DNA from: an uncultured Kiritimatiellota bacterium
GTDB taxonomy: Bacteria > Verrucomicrobiota > Kiritimatiellia > RFP12 > UBA1067
Direction: 5' to 3'
DNA length: 64,000 bases
Assembly (NCBI GenBank): GCA_934635225.1
Contig: CAKTYZ010000003.1
Coordinates: forward strand, 3,312-67,311
Position numbers and translations under genes: made by a program. This document shows positions 23,208 to 32,502 of the stretch, piece by piece. The notes beneath the pieces are model-generated. The model did no database searches. It was not told the origin of the DNA and worked only from the letters and a program-made list of their open reading frames with translations. The first letter of the stretch is position 1. Every line of letters begins with the position of its first letter.

Positions 23208-25201
23208 CCTTTCTTCAAGTCCTCGTCTCTGCCCAGGCCCTCGACCCGGAACGGCCCGGCCGGAAGCCCGGTCGCGCCGAAGATCGCGGCGCCCGGTTCC
23301 GGGAAGTTCCGCCACAGGTAGCGCACGCCGGAAATCGCGAACGGCGCCGTCACGCGGACGCGCCCGCCGTCCGCGAACGCCGCCTCCGCCGCGTGCCACG
23401 CCCCCGAGGCGTCCTGCGCCTCGAACCCCGGCAGCGCGCCGCCCGGCTGCGAGGGCCGCGCGGGCGGCGGCGCGAACGCGACGATCGCCGTCCGGCCTTC
23501 CGCCTCCACGCGCACGGCCTGGGGGCCGTCCGCCACGACGTCCCGGCAGCCATACGTCTTCGCCAGCGCCTGCCGCGCGAGGCGGCGCCCCTGCTCGCGC
23601 TTGTCCGGCGGGTGGATGTCGCGCCGGCTACCGATGTCGATCGAGCACGCGAAGCCGACGCCGGGAATCTGCACGGACGCGAGCCGCTGCGCCTCGCGGA
23701 TCTCGCTCCACGTCTCGTCCGCGCGATGCGGCTCGTGGTTCGCCAGCTGCACGCCGTAGAACGGCAGGTCGGGACGCCCCCAGCCCGCGCGCAAGAGGCT
23801 GATGAGCCGCGAGAGGTCGGCGAGATAGGCGGCGCAGTCCCGCCGCGCCTGCGCGTCCGCCTCGCCCTGGTAGAAGAGGACGCCCTTCACGGGCAGGCGG
23901 AAGAACGGACGGATGCACGCGCCCCAGCTGCCGCCGTAGGTGCGCGGCGGCTTCGGGACCGCAAGACTTCTGCGGCAGCGCCAGCCCGCGCCCGCGAGGG
24001 AGAACGCCGCCTGCGGCGCGTCCGCCGGCGCGAGCGTCAGCGTCCCGCTGAACGCGCCCCACCACGTGAGCCGGTCTCGGCAGCCCACGACGGCGGTGAC
24101 CGCGTTCGACCCCGCCTTCACGGCCGCCGCCGGCACGCGGAAACGCCACGGGCGCGCGCCGGTCTCGCCCGGCACGGGCGCGTCCCACGCCTTTGAGGCG
24201 CCCACGCGCGCGCCATTGAAGAAGATGACGCACGGCAAGGCCGACTGCCCGAGGTCGAGGGCCAGGTCGCGCCCCGTCCAGGCGCCCGGGACCTCGACTT
24301 CTCGCGAAAAGGCGGCAATGCCCGCGAAATCCTTCAGGACCGTGTGCTCAAGCCCGCCCGCCGCCGGAAGGGAGACCGGCTCGCCGTCTTCCGCCTCGGA
24401 CGCCGTCGCAAGCGCCTTCAGCCGCGCCGCGTCGCCGAAAAGCGCGTGCGCTTCGGCTATGGCCGCATCGGCCCGCGCAAAGCCGTCCGCCGCCGCCCGC
24501 AGCGCGTCGCGCGAGCGCGCGAGCGCCTGGGGATCCCGCTGTCCGCTCGGCAGGAAGTGGCGGATCGGGGGCCCCGGCCAGGCCGCGCCGACCAGGCCGA
24601 TCGGCACGTCGCCCAGCCTCTCGCGCACGGCTCGCGCGAAATGGCAGGCCAGCGCGGAGAAGTCGCGCGCCGTCTGCGGCGTCAGGCGCGTCCAGCCGCG
24701 CACGTAGGGCGGCTCGTCCACCTCCGCCTCCGACCCGAGCAGCGGCACGTCCAGAAGGCGGATGTCCGGGCAGTCCGCCGCCGCCAGCTCGCGTTCGGGA
24801 TTCCCGGACCGGGCCAGCGGCCACCAGGCGTTCGACTGCCCCGTGCAGAACCAGACGTCGCCCACGAGGACGTCCGTCAGGCGGACTTCCGCCGCGCCGT
24901 CGGACGCGACGACCTCGTAAGGCCCGCCCGGCGCACCGACGGCGGGGAACTGGACGCGCCACGCGCCGTCCGCCCCCACGGCGACCGTCTCGAACGTCCC
25001 GCCGAACGCGACGCGCACCGTGCGCCCCGTTTCGCCAAAGCCCGCGAAGGGAACCGGCTCGCCGCGCTGGACGACCATGTGCGACGACCAGGCGCGGCCG
25101 AACCTCAGCGGACTCGGCTCCGCCGCCGCGGCGCACGCAAGGGCCAGACCCGCCGCCAAGAAGGCCCCCCGCCCCAGATGCAGATGTCCCGCACGTCCCA
25201 T
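23192..25201 (-). CDS. Secreted sialate O-acetylesterase (SGNH hydrolase, DUF303 family), second copy
   Basis: Signal peptide MGRAGHLHLGRGAFLAAGLALACAAA. The DUF303-type N-terminus ...VVQRGEPVPFAG... has a GQSNAWW motif. A C-terminal SGNH hydrolase block (VLFYQGEADA...DIHP) follows an inserted beta-sandwich. The start was set at the internal Met. Confidence 0.8.
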   Translation of the reverse strand: MGRAGHLHLGRGAFLAAGLALACAAAAEPSPLRFGRAWSSHMVVQRGEPVPFAGFGETGRTVRVAFGGTFETVAVGADGAWRVQFPAVGAPGGPYEVVASDGAAEVRLTDVLVGDVWFCTGQSNAWWPLARSGNPERELAAADCPDIRLLDVPLLGSEAEVDEPPYVRGWTRLTPQTARDFSALACHFARAVRERLGDVPIGLVGAAWPGPPIRHFLPSGQRDPQALARSRDALRAAADGFARADAAIAEAHALFGDAARLKALATASEAEDGEPVSLPAAGGLEHTVLKDFAGIAAFSREVEVPGAWTGRDLALDLGQSALPCVIFFNGARVGASKAWDAPVPGETGARPWRFRVPAAAVKAGSNAVTAVVGCRDRLTWWGAFSGTLTLAPADAPQAAFSLAGAGWRCRRSLAVPKPPRTYGGSWGACIRPFFRLPVKGVLFYQGEADAQARRDCAAYLADLSRLISLLRAGWGRPDLPFYGVQLANHEPHRADETWSEIREAQRLASVQIPGVGFACSIDIGSRRDIHPPDKREQGRRLARQALAKTYGCRDVVADGPQAVRVEAEGRTAIVAFAPPPARPSQPGGALPGFEAQDASGAWHAAEAAFADGGRVRVTAPFAISGVRYLWRNFPEPGAAIFGATGLPAGPFRVEGLGRDEDLKKGCTGK

Positions 25202-25218
25202 GTGGCCCCTTCCCGCGA

Positions 25219-28200
25219 TCACCGCACCGCGTCGCGCGGATAGAGCTCCAGCCGGACGTCGATCTTCGAGAAGTCCCAGCCGCCGCGCGGCGGATCGCCG
25301 CAAGGCTTCAGCACGTTCTCCTCGCCAAAGCGCAGGATCGACGTGACGTCGACGTCGGTCACGTTCCCGAAGCGGTGATGGTGCCGGCGCATGTAGCGCC
25401 CGTTCAGCGTCTCGACGCCGAGCGGGACGGCCACGCGCGCGCCGGGCTTCGGCTCCATGTGGATGAAGACACGGTACCTTCCTTCCCATTCCTTCGGAAC
25501 GAACTGCCGCGTCGGCAGCTTCGCGAGCGTGAAGGACTCTTCGGCAAACGCGCGGTGGAAGAGGTAGACCGCACCGTTCACGCCCGTGAAGCGGTGGCCT
25601 TTCGGCGGCGCGTCGAACGCGAACGTGAGGACGTTCCCCGTCGGCTTGAGCAGGTTGGTCACGTCTTCGGCGACGCGCTCGCCCGTCGTCGTCTTCTCGC
25701 GCAGGACGACGCCGTTCAGCGTGATCTTGGCGGACGACAGGAAGTTCGGCCCCACCCATGCGCCGCAGACGAAGCGCACGCGCCCTCCCTGCAGCCATTT
25801 CGGGTCGTCGAGGTCGAACGTCTTCGTGATCGTCGCGGCCGCGCCGTCGGCGAGGCCCCAGAACTGGAGCGCGTCGGCGACGCACGGATTCCCGGAGTCC
25901 GCGAACGTCCAGCCTGCCTTGAGGTCCTGCGTCGGGTCCTTCCACTTGCCCTGCGCGTAGTTCGAGAAGTCGCGCGTCGGCTTCTTGAGTTCGCGCCAGG
26001 CGGACTGGCTCTCCTTCCACCAGTGTCCGACGGCATCCGCCGGCTCGTAGACGCGGGCGTTCACGACCATCGCCTCCTGCGCCGCGAGGTCCGCCGCGAA
26101 CGTGCAGACGCCGTCGGCGAAGTCGAACGCGAGACTTTCCTCGCCGCGCGCGCTCCACGCCGTCAGCGCGGCGGGCCGGCGCGGCACGCGCAGGGCGACG
26201 CGCGCCTTCTGCATGCCGTTCGTGTTGAAGTTGCAGAGGACGGTCACGGCGTCCAGCCCGTCACCGGAGCGGTAGGGCTGGGCCCAGACGAGCGGGTCGT
26301 CCGTCGTGCAGACGGCCGCGTCCGCGCCGACGTCGGCGAGAAGCTCCTTCCAGAACGCCGTCTCCCCCGCGCCCGGCCACCAGATGCCCATGACGTCGCG
26401 GCTGTCGCGCGCGAACGCGCTGCCGAGCCAGACGACCCGGCCCTTGCCGAGCCGACGCACGGTGACCGCCGCCGCGCCGTTCTCGTACGTCGCGGCAATC
26501 TCGGTCGCGGCGTCCGTCGGCGCGAGCTCGACCGAATAGTCGTTCCGGTTGTTGCCGTTCGAGTCGACCGTCCGTCCCGTGTCGGGATACGCGCGCCCCT
26601 TCCACGTCACCGTGCCGCCGAGGGGCCGCAGCTTCGCCGCCTTCGCCCCCGCGAGCGCGGCGATCGGCCAGGCGTCGTTCGCCGTCGCGAGGGAACGCCC
26701 CGTGAACGGCCAGGCGATGAACGTGCCGCCCGCCTTCACCCAGTCGGCGATTTCCGCGAGGCGCGCCGGGTCGTGGATCTCGTTGCCGCTGTCGACCATG
26801 ACCCTGAAGCCGCGCATCTTGCCCGCCGCGACGCCGTCGTCGTCGATGTAGAGCATGGACTGCCCGAGCGACTGCAGCGCGCCGCGCCCGATGTCCCAGT
26901 CCCACGGCGTGTTGACGTCATGCCCCTTCACGCCGACAAGCGGCTCCGGCGCGGGGAAGCTGTCCATCGTCAGGAGCGAACGGCGGTAGATGAGGACCTG
27001 CGGCCCCGCGATGTCGATGTCATAGGTCCCCATCCGCTGCAGCAGGCCGCGATGCGCGAGCCACCACGCGCGCACGGGCGGATTGCGCGAATACGTCTGC
27101 GTCAGGAACACGGGCTCGTGCATGTCAAGGCCCGCGAGGAAGACGCGGAGCGTCGACCGCCGCGCGTCTTCGACGGTGGCATAGGGCCCGGCGAGCTCGC
27201 TCGTGCCCGGATAGCCCCAGAGCCGGCCGTACCGCTTGTACCAGGGGAAGTACCAGATGCCCTCGCCCGTGAAGTGGGCGAACCCGCCCCAGTCGCGCAT
27301 CAGCTCGTCCGTGATCGGCGTGCCGAGCGTGATCGGCGCCATCATCTTGATCGGGGCGTCGGGATCGGCCTGGCGCATGGCCTCGAAGACGATCTCGAGC
27401 TTGCGCCGCTTCGCGTCGCGACGCCAGTCGTTCCAGAGCGCGTACATCCTGTTCCGCGCCGCGCCGAGGTTCGGGTAGACGGCCGGTTCCTGCGTCGAGA
27501 GGAAGACGCGCCCGTTCCAGAAGTGCCCGCGCATGAGGAACTCGAGCTCGTTCGCGCCCGTGCGCAGACGGTCCGTCACGTCCAGCGCACACCACGTCCC
27601 GACGTCGGCGACCTTCTCGCCGTTGAGCGTGACCTCGTGGCGCACGTTGACCGGCGACATCGGGAAGAAGTAGAGGTAGACCTTCCTGCCGGCGGCGACG
27701 GCCGGATCCCAGCCGAAGAACCGGCGCATCCGGCGCGGCGTCTTCGACTGACGGTCGTTTCCGGCCGTGTCGTAATACTTAAGGTAATCGAGGTTGCCGG
27801 GCATCGCGAGCGCCGTCCAGTCCGTGCGGTTCGACGACGAGAACCACGTGCCCGCAAGATCCTTCACCAGCCCCGGGAGCCCCGCGAACGTCGCGAATTC
27901 CGGCGGCTCGACCTGGTCCCAGCTGACAAATCCGTTCTCCCCGCGCGAATACATCTCGCTCGCCTCGGACAGCGTGACGCCGTTTCGCTTCAGGAAGGCG
28001 GTCCAGTCGGCCTTCGCGGCGGGCGAATAGTCGCCGTGCATGTCGTACCAGGACTGATGGACGATTTCTCCGACCGGATGCATCCACCCGCGCACGGCGG
28101 GCGTCTTGAACTTCCGCATCACGTCAGCGGTCTGCCGACCGATGTAGCTCCAGATGTCCGCGTCGTACCAGCTGATGTGCGGCTGATGGGCGTGGTCGTA

Positions 28201-29016
28201 GCGCAGCCAGCCGTTCATCATCCACGGCGCGGGCTGTTCCATGTGGTCGGCGAACCGGCGGGCTATCCAGTCGAACCCGTTGCACGGCATGTAGAGGCGG
28301 TAGGCGTAGGGAATGCCCTGATCCTCGGCGTACTTCGCCTTCCAGCGGACGCCGTTCGCCGCGACGATTCCGTCCGAGTCGTCCTGGCCCTCGAGCTCAA
28401 GCCAGTTGTCGAAGTGCATCCCGCCCATCTCCTTCAGGAAGGCGAAGTCCTCGCGCGGATCGAGCTGCTCGCCGCGCTTCGCGCCGGCCCGGTTCATCCA
28501 GTTGTGGAAGTCCTCGAGCCCGCCCATGCCGTAGGTGCCCCAGGCGAACGGCGACATCCACTCGGGACACGCCGCCTGCGTGACCAGCCCGTCGCGCACG
28601 TCGGGGTGCACGCCCAGCCAGTCCACCAGCGTCGCCGCGTCCGGCGCGGCGAGAATGACGGCCTCCGTTCCGCGCCGCGCCACGGCGAACGCGGCGCCGG
28701 GCGCTTCCAGCACGCCGTCCCTTTCCGCGACGCCCGCGCCTTTCCGCACGTCGTGCAGGAACTTGCCCGCGACTGTCTCAGCGTTCGTCGCCGAAGCCGT
28801 CGCGAACCGGAATGCGTCCACGCGCCGTGCGCCGTCCGTCATCGTCTCGCACGTCACGGCGCAACGCCCGAAGCCGCGCAGGTCCGCCGTCTCGGCCGTC
28901 TCCAGCCGGCTGACGACGCGCCACGCCGCCCCTTGCACAGCGTCTGCCGACGCCTCCTGCGCGGCAAGCGCCGCGACGCCCATGAAAAGAATTCCGACCT
29001 TCGTTCTCATTTTCAT
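25219..29016 (-). CDS. Giant secreted GH42-like glycosidase paralog 2
   Basis: Signal peptide MKMRTKVGILFMGVAALAAQEASA. Motifs shared with paralogs 1 and 3 include MMAPITLG..., GGTFIAWPF, LAGTW, and a C-terminal NGRYMRRHHHRFGNVTDVDVT...RFGEEN domain. 1265 aa. Confidence 0.5.
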   Translation of the reverse strand: MKMRTKVGILFMGVAALAAQEASADAVQGAAWRVVSRLETAETADLRGFGRCAVTCETMTDGARRVDAFRFATASATNAETVAGKFLHDVRKGAGVAERDGVLEAPGAAFAVARRGTEAVILAAPDAATLVDWLGVHPDVRDGLVTQAACPEWMSPFAWGTYGMGGLEDFHNWMNRAGAKRGEQLDPREDFAFLKEMGGMHFDNWLELEGQDDSDGIVAANGVRWKAKYAEDQGIPYAYRLYMPCNGFDWIARRFADHMEQPAPWMMNGWLRYDHAHQPHISWYDADIWSYIGRQTADVMRKFKTPAVRGWMHPVGEIVHQSWYDMHGDYSPAAKADWTAFLKRNGVTLSEASEMYSRGENGFVSWDQVEPPEFATFAGLPGLVKDLAGTWFSSSNRTDWTALAMPGNLDYLKYYDTAGNDRQSKTPRRMRRFFGWDPAVAAGRKVYLYFFPMSPVNVRHEVTLNGEKVADVGTWCALDVTDRLRTGANELEFLMRGHFWNGRVFLSTQEPAVYPNLGAARNRMYALWNDWRRDAKRRKLEIVFEAMRQADPDAPIKMMAPITLGTPITDELMRDWGGFAHFTGEGIWYFPWYKRYGRLWGYPGTSELAGPYATVEDARRSTLRVFLAGLDMHEPVFLTQTYSRNPPVRAWWLAHRGLLQRMGTYDIDIAGPQVLIYRRSLLTMDSFPAPEPLVGVKGHDVNTPWDWDIGRGALQSLGQSMLYIDDDGVAAGKMRGFRVMVDSGNEIHDPARLAEIADWVKAGGTFIAWPFTGRSLATANDAWPIAALAGAKAAKLRPLGGTVTWKGRAYPDTGRTVDSNGNNRNDYSVELAPTDAATEIAATYENGAAAVTVRRLGKGRVVWLGSAFARDSRDVMGIWWPGAGETAFWKELLADVGADAAVCTTDDPLVWAQPYRSGDGLDAVTVLCNFNTNGMQKARVALRVPRRPAALTAWSARGEESLAFDFADGVCTFAADLAAQEAMVVNARVYEPADAVGHWWKESQSAWRELKKPTRDFSNYAQGKWKDPTQDLKAGWTFADSGNPCVADALQFWGLADGAAATITKTFDLDDPKWLQGGRVRFVCGAWVGPNFLSSAKITLNGVVLREKTTTGERVAEDVTNLLKPTGNVLTFAFDAPPKGHRFTGVNGAVYLFHRAFAEESFTLAKLPTRQFVPKEWEGRYRVFIHMEPKPGARVAVPLGVETLNGRYMRRHHHRFGNVTDVDVTSILRFGEENVLKPCGDPPRGGWDFSKIDVRLELYPRDAVR

Positions 29017-29059
29017 TTTCCAGATGTCCGTATTTTATCAAAATCTCCGAATGCGCGGC

Positions 29060-32000
29060 CTAAGGCAGCTCCAGCCACGCGCGCGGAACCGTCTTCGGCG
29101 GCTTCGTCCGCCAGTCCGGCTCGTCGCGACCGCATTGCGGCCACCAGCGCAGGACGTTCGGTCGTCCGTCCCGCCGCAGGAGGCCCGTCACGTCAACCGC
29201 CTCCATCGTCGGCGGCACCTGAAGCATCACGCCGTTGAGAAGAAGGTAGTTCATCTTCGCTTCCGAGGCCAGAAAGACGCGTCCGCCCGTCGCAGGCGTC
29301 GCGAAAGCCGTGCGGACGCAGCCGGCAAGGCCGGGCGCGAAGTCCTTCAGCGGCGCCGTCTCCGTCGGCTGCGGACGCGCCTCGGCGTAGAAGACGCCGT
29401 GGACGCCGCTCGGCAGATACCGCCGCGCGCCGGCCGGCAGCCGCCCGTCAATCGCGACTTCAAGCGTCACCTCGCCCGCGTCGGGAAGCGCCGCGCGAAA
29501 GGACAGGTTGTCCGTGCGCGGAACGGCCACGCCACCGACCTTCACCGTCGCACGCGGATTCAGCCCCGTCACGTAGCCCTGCGACGCGAACTTCAGCATG
29601 ACGCGACGGCCTTTCCAGGCGGAAGGAATCGCGACGCGCCTCACGAACGTCGCGGACGCGGCCGGATCGTCCAGCCCCATCGTCACATACGATCCGAGCG
29701 TCACGGCGCGACCGCTCTCGACGTGCGTCCACCCCCCCTGCAGCGGCAGGAAGCGTCCCTCGGCGGCGGTGGCTACCGCTGGCTTCGGCGCCGGCGACAC
29801 GGGGTCGAGCGCATACCAACGCCGCGCGAGGGACTTCAGCCAGTAGAGCGGCGCAAACCCGGCGTCCTCGCGAAGCGCCGCGTAGACGCGCGACTCGAAT
29901 GGCTCCAGCGGGACGTCCGTCAGCGTCAGGCGGTTTTCCGCGTCCTGCGCGAACGGACGCTCGGGATGGCCCTCGGCGGACAGTTCGACAAGACGGCCGA
30001 CCCGGCCCGAGACATGGAAGCGCGGCGAGGCCGAGACGCTGTTCGTGCCGCCCATCAGCGCCAGCAGACAGAGGTCGTAGAGGCCGTTCTTTGAGCGCCA
30101 GACCTCGGCAAAGCAGTCGCGCATTCCCTTGAGCTGGGCGCCGCCCGACGTGCGCGGCACGCCCAGGCGATCGAGCAGGTCTCCGAGCGCGGGGACCTGC
30201 GCGGGGTCCTCGAAGTTGAACTTGCGCCCGTCGTCGCGCGTGCGCCACCACGCGCCGCTCCACAGGCAGACAAGCCGCCCCTTCCCGATGGCAAACGTGC
30301 GGCAGTTGACGGGATCCGTCCCGCCGTGCAGGACGGCTTGCGCCGGGAGACCAAGCGCGGCGAACAGCGGCCAGACGTTCCGCTTCAGGTGCGTGTGTGT
30401 CCCCGTGTGCTCGTTGGCGATGAACGTTCCGCCCGCCCGGACGAAGCGCGCGACGGCCTCGGCCTCCTCAGGCGTCAGGATCGTCGTCGCGGCGTCCATG
30501 ATGAACTTCACGCGCGTCCACGGCCGGTCGGCCACCAGGTCTGAGGGGTCGATCAGCCCCGGCACGCGCCCTGTCGCCTGAAGGACGCCACGGGACGGAT
30601 CGAGCCGCCACGGGTTCGGGTCGCGCAGGCGCGAGGCGTTCCGGATCGAGCGCATCACGCAGATGTCGAATTCGTCGCGGTCGTGCTTGCCGAGGCAGTC
30701 GAGCCACGCCCGGTGGCTCTCGATCCACGCGCCCTTGCCGTTCGCGCGGAACATGTCGGGGTCGAACAGCAGGTTCACCGCGTCGTTGCCGAGCATCAGG
30801 TACTGCGTGAACATCTGGCGCAGACGCGTGACGTCCGGCGGCACGCCGCCGTTCTCGCAGGAGACGGGGTCGCCGCGCGTCTTCCAGTAGCGCGAACACC
30901 AGGGCGCCCAGCAGGCCTGCGTCTGCCCGGTGTCGTGCTGGTAGCCGCCGTAGCGGCGCAGGATGTCGAAGCTCAGGTCGCCGATCGCCGTCTGGCACAT
31001 CATGAACTGGGGCCGCCCGGCGGGATCGCCGGCCCGGTTGGCCCGCAGACGGCGTGCGTCATACGCGATGACTCTCTTCGCGGCCGTCTCGGAAAGCGCA
31101 AAGAACGCGCGATTCTTCCGCTCGTCGTCGCTCGGATAGGCGAAGCGCCCGTCCGCGCCGAGAAAGGCATAGTACGAGACCGGCGCCCGAAGGCCCTTGA
31201 GCGCAATCTCGTTCGTGCCGACGCGGAGAAGCCCCGCGAGATCATAGCAGATGTCAAGGTCGCCCGTCAGCGGCACGCGGCGCGTGAGGTCCTTCGCGGC
31301 GCGACCGTTCACGGTCACCTCGCCGACTTCCGAAATCCCTCCGTGCCAGTTGCCGCAGGAGAGGTGCAGGTAGCGCGCCTTGCCGAGGTCGCCCGCGAGA
31401 TCGAACGTGCGCGTCAGCGTGAAGCCGTCCTCCTTGGAGGCGTAGGCGAGCAGGACCGGATCTCCCGCATCGACCGGCTGAGGCGGATTCGTCCCGTCGT
31501 CCAGCGTCCACGTGCCGCGCAGGTCGACCGAGACGCCCGGCTTCCAGCCGACGATCTCGCGCATCGTGACGATGTCCTCGTCGCCGACAAAGCCCGGCAG
31601 GCTGGCCGCCTGGCCCGACCCCTTCTCGACCGAGCCGAAATGGGCGATGAAATGGTCGTCCCTCGCGTAGTGACGGGCGCACGCCTGGTTGTCGTAGTCG
31701 ATCAAGTCCGCGATCTTCGGCATCGGCCAGTCGCTGCCGTGCGCGGCATACTTGAAGTAGTAAAGGCTCGTTGGCCCGATCGCGCCGTCCTTCCCCGTCG
31801 CGTACGGAAGCGGGATCTCGTTCCAGAACCAGGCGGGATTCTCCGCGTGCGCCATGAGCGGATAGTCGAGATAGCCGACGCCAAGCCTCTTCGCGTACGC
31901 GGCGATCGCGTCGCCGAGCGCGTGGTTCCAGACGCCGGGCGCAACCCAGGCGGGGGCGCCATAATTGGCCCCGAAGAGGCCGAAGCCCTGCCGTGCGCTC

Positions 32001-32494
32001 CATTCGACGCCCTCGACGAAGTTCGTGGGGAGATGGCCCCAGCCGCCCTGCCCCATGACGACCGGACGGTTGTCGAAGCGGTCGAACCAGAGCGGATAGG
32101 CGTTCGTCACGGCGGGCGAGAAGCCGTCCGGCAGCGCCGGCGCGCCCTTCCGCGAGAAGACCGCCGCCGCGCGGCAGCCGCGATGCCCGACGGCGAAGAG
32201 ACCCGCGTCGTCACCGAAGCGCGAGATGTCCGTCAGGAACTTGGAAGCCGCCATCCGCGCCTGTTCGGGCGTCTCGCAGTCCAGAAGCGTCGTGACCGAG
32301 CCGTCCGGCGCGGCCAAGGCCTCGGCCGAGACCTTGCCGAGCAGCCGCAAGTCAGCCTCGACCGTCTGCCGGGCGGACGACACGGAGACCGCCAGCGCAA
32401 GACCGAATAGGACAGCGAACTTTTGCTGTTTTGCGAAGGTACGGGAGGGACGCGCTTGTCGCGTCCGAGGTCTTGCAAGTCCTTCCATCATCAT
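29060..32494 (-). CDS. Giant secreted GH42-like glycosidase paralog 3
   Basis: N-terminal signal-like segment. It shares GGTFIANEHTG, DLRGTW and FMMCQTAIGD... blocks with paralogs 1 and 2, and has a weaker copy of the C-terminal domain. 1144 aa. Confidence 0.5.
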   Translation of the reverse strand: MMMEGLARPRTRQARPSRTFAKQQKFAVLFGLALAVSVSSARQTVEADLRLLGKVSAEALAAPDGSVTTLLDCETPEQARMAASKFLTDISRFGDDAGLFAVGHRGCRAAAVFSRKGAPALPDGFSPAVTNAYPLWFDRFDNRPVVMGQGGWGHLPTNFVEGVEWSARQGFGLFGANYGAPAWVAPGVWNHALGDAIAAYAKRLGVGYLDYPLMAHAENPAWFWNEIPLPYATGKDGAIGPTSLYYFKYAAHGSDWPMPKIADLIDYDNQACARHYARDDHFIAHFGSVEKGSGQAASLPGFVGDEDIVTMREIVGWKPGVSVDLRGTWTLDDGTNPPQPVDAGDPVLLAYASKEDGFTLTRTFDLAGDLGKARYLHLSCGNWHGGISEVGEVTVNGRAAKDLTRRVPLTGDLDICYDLAGLLRVGTNEIALKGLRAPVSYYAFLGADGRFAYPSDDERKNRAFFALSETAAKRVIAYDARRLRANRAGDPAGRPQFMMCQTAIGDLSFDILRRYGGYQHDTGQTQACWAPWCSRYWKTRGDPVSCENGGVPPDVTRLRQMFTQYLMLGNDAVNLLFDPDMFRANGKGAWIESHRAWLDCLGKHDRDEFDICVMRSIRNASRLRDPNPWRLDPSRGVLQATGRVPGLIDPSDLVADRPWTRVKFIMDAATTILTPEEAEAVARFVRAGGTFIANEHTGTHTHLKRNVWPLFAALGLPAQAVLHGGTDPVNCRTFAIGKGRLVCLWSGAWWRTRDDGRKFNFEDPAQVPALGDLLDRLGVPRTSGGAQLKGMRDCFAEVWRSKNGLYDLCLLALMGGTNSVSASPRFHVSGRVGRLVELSAEGHPERPFAQDAENRLTLTDVPLEPFESRVYAALREDAGFAPLYWLKSLARRWYALDPVSPAPKPAVATAAEGRFLPLQGGWTHVESGRAVTLGSYVTMGLDDPAASATFVRRVAIPSAWKGRRVMLKFASQGYVTGLNPRATVKVGGVAVPRTDNLSFRAALPDAGEVTLEVAIDGRLPAGARRYLPSGVHGVFYAEARPQPTETAPLKDFAPGLAGCVRTAFATPATGGRVFLASEAKMNYLLLNGVMLQVPPTMEAVDVTGLLRRDGRPNVLRWWPQCGRDEPDWRTKPPKTVPRAWLELP

Positions 32495-32502
32495 CTCCGT
32501 AC

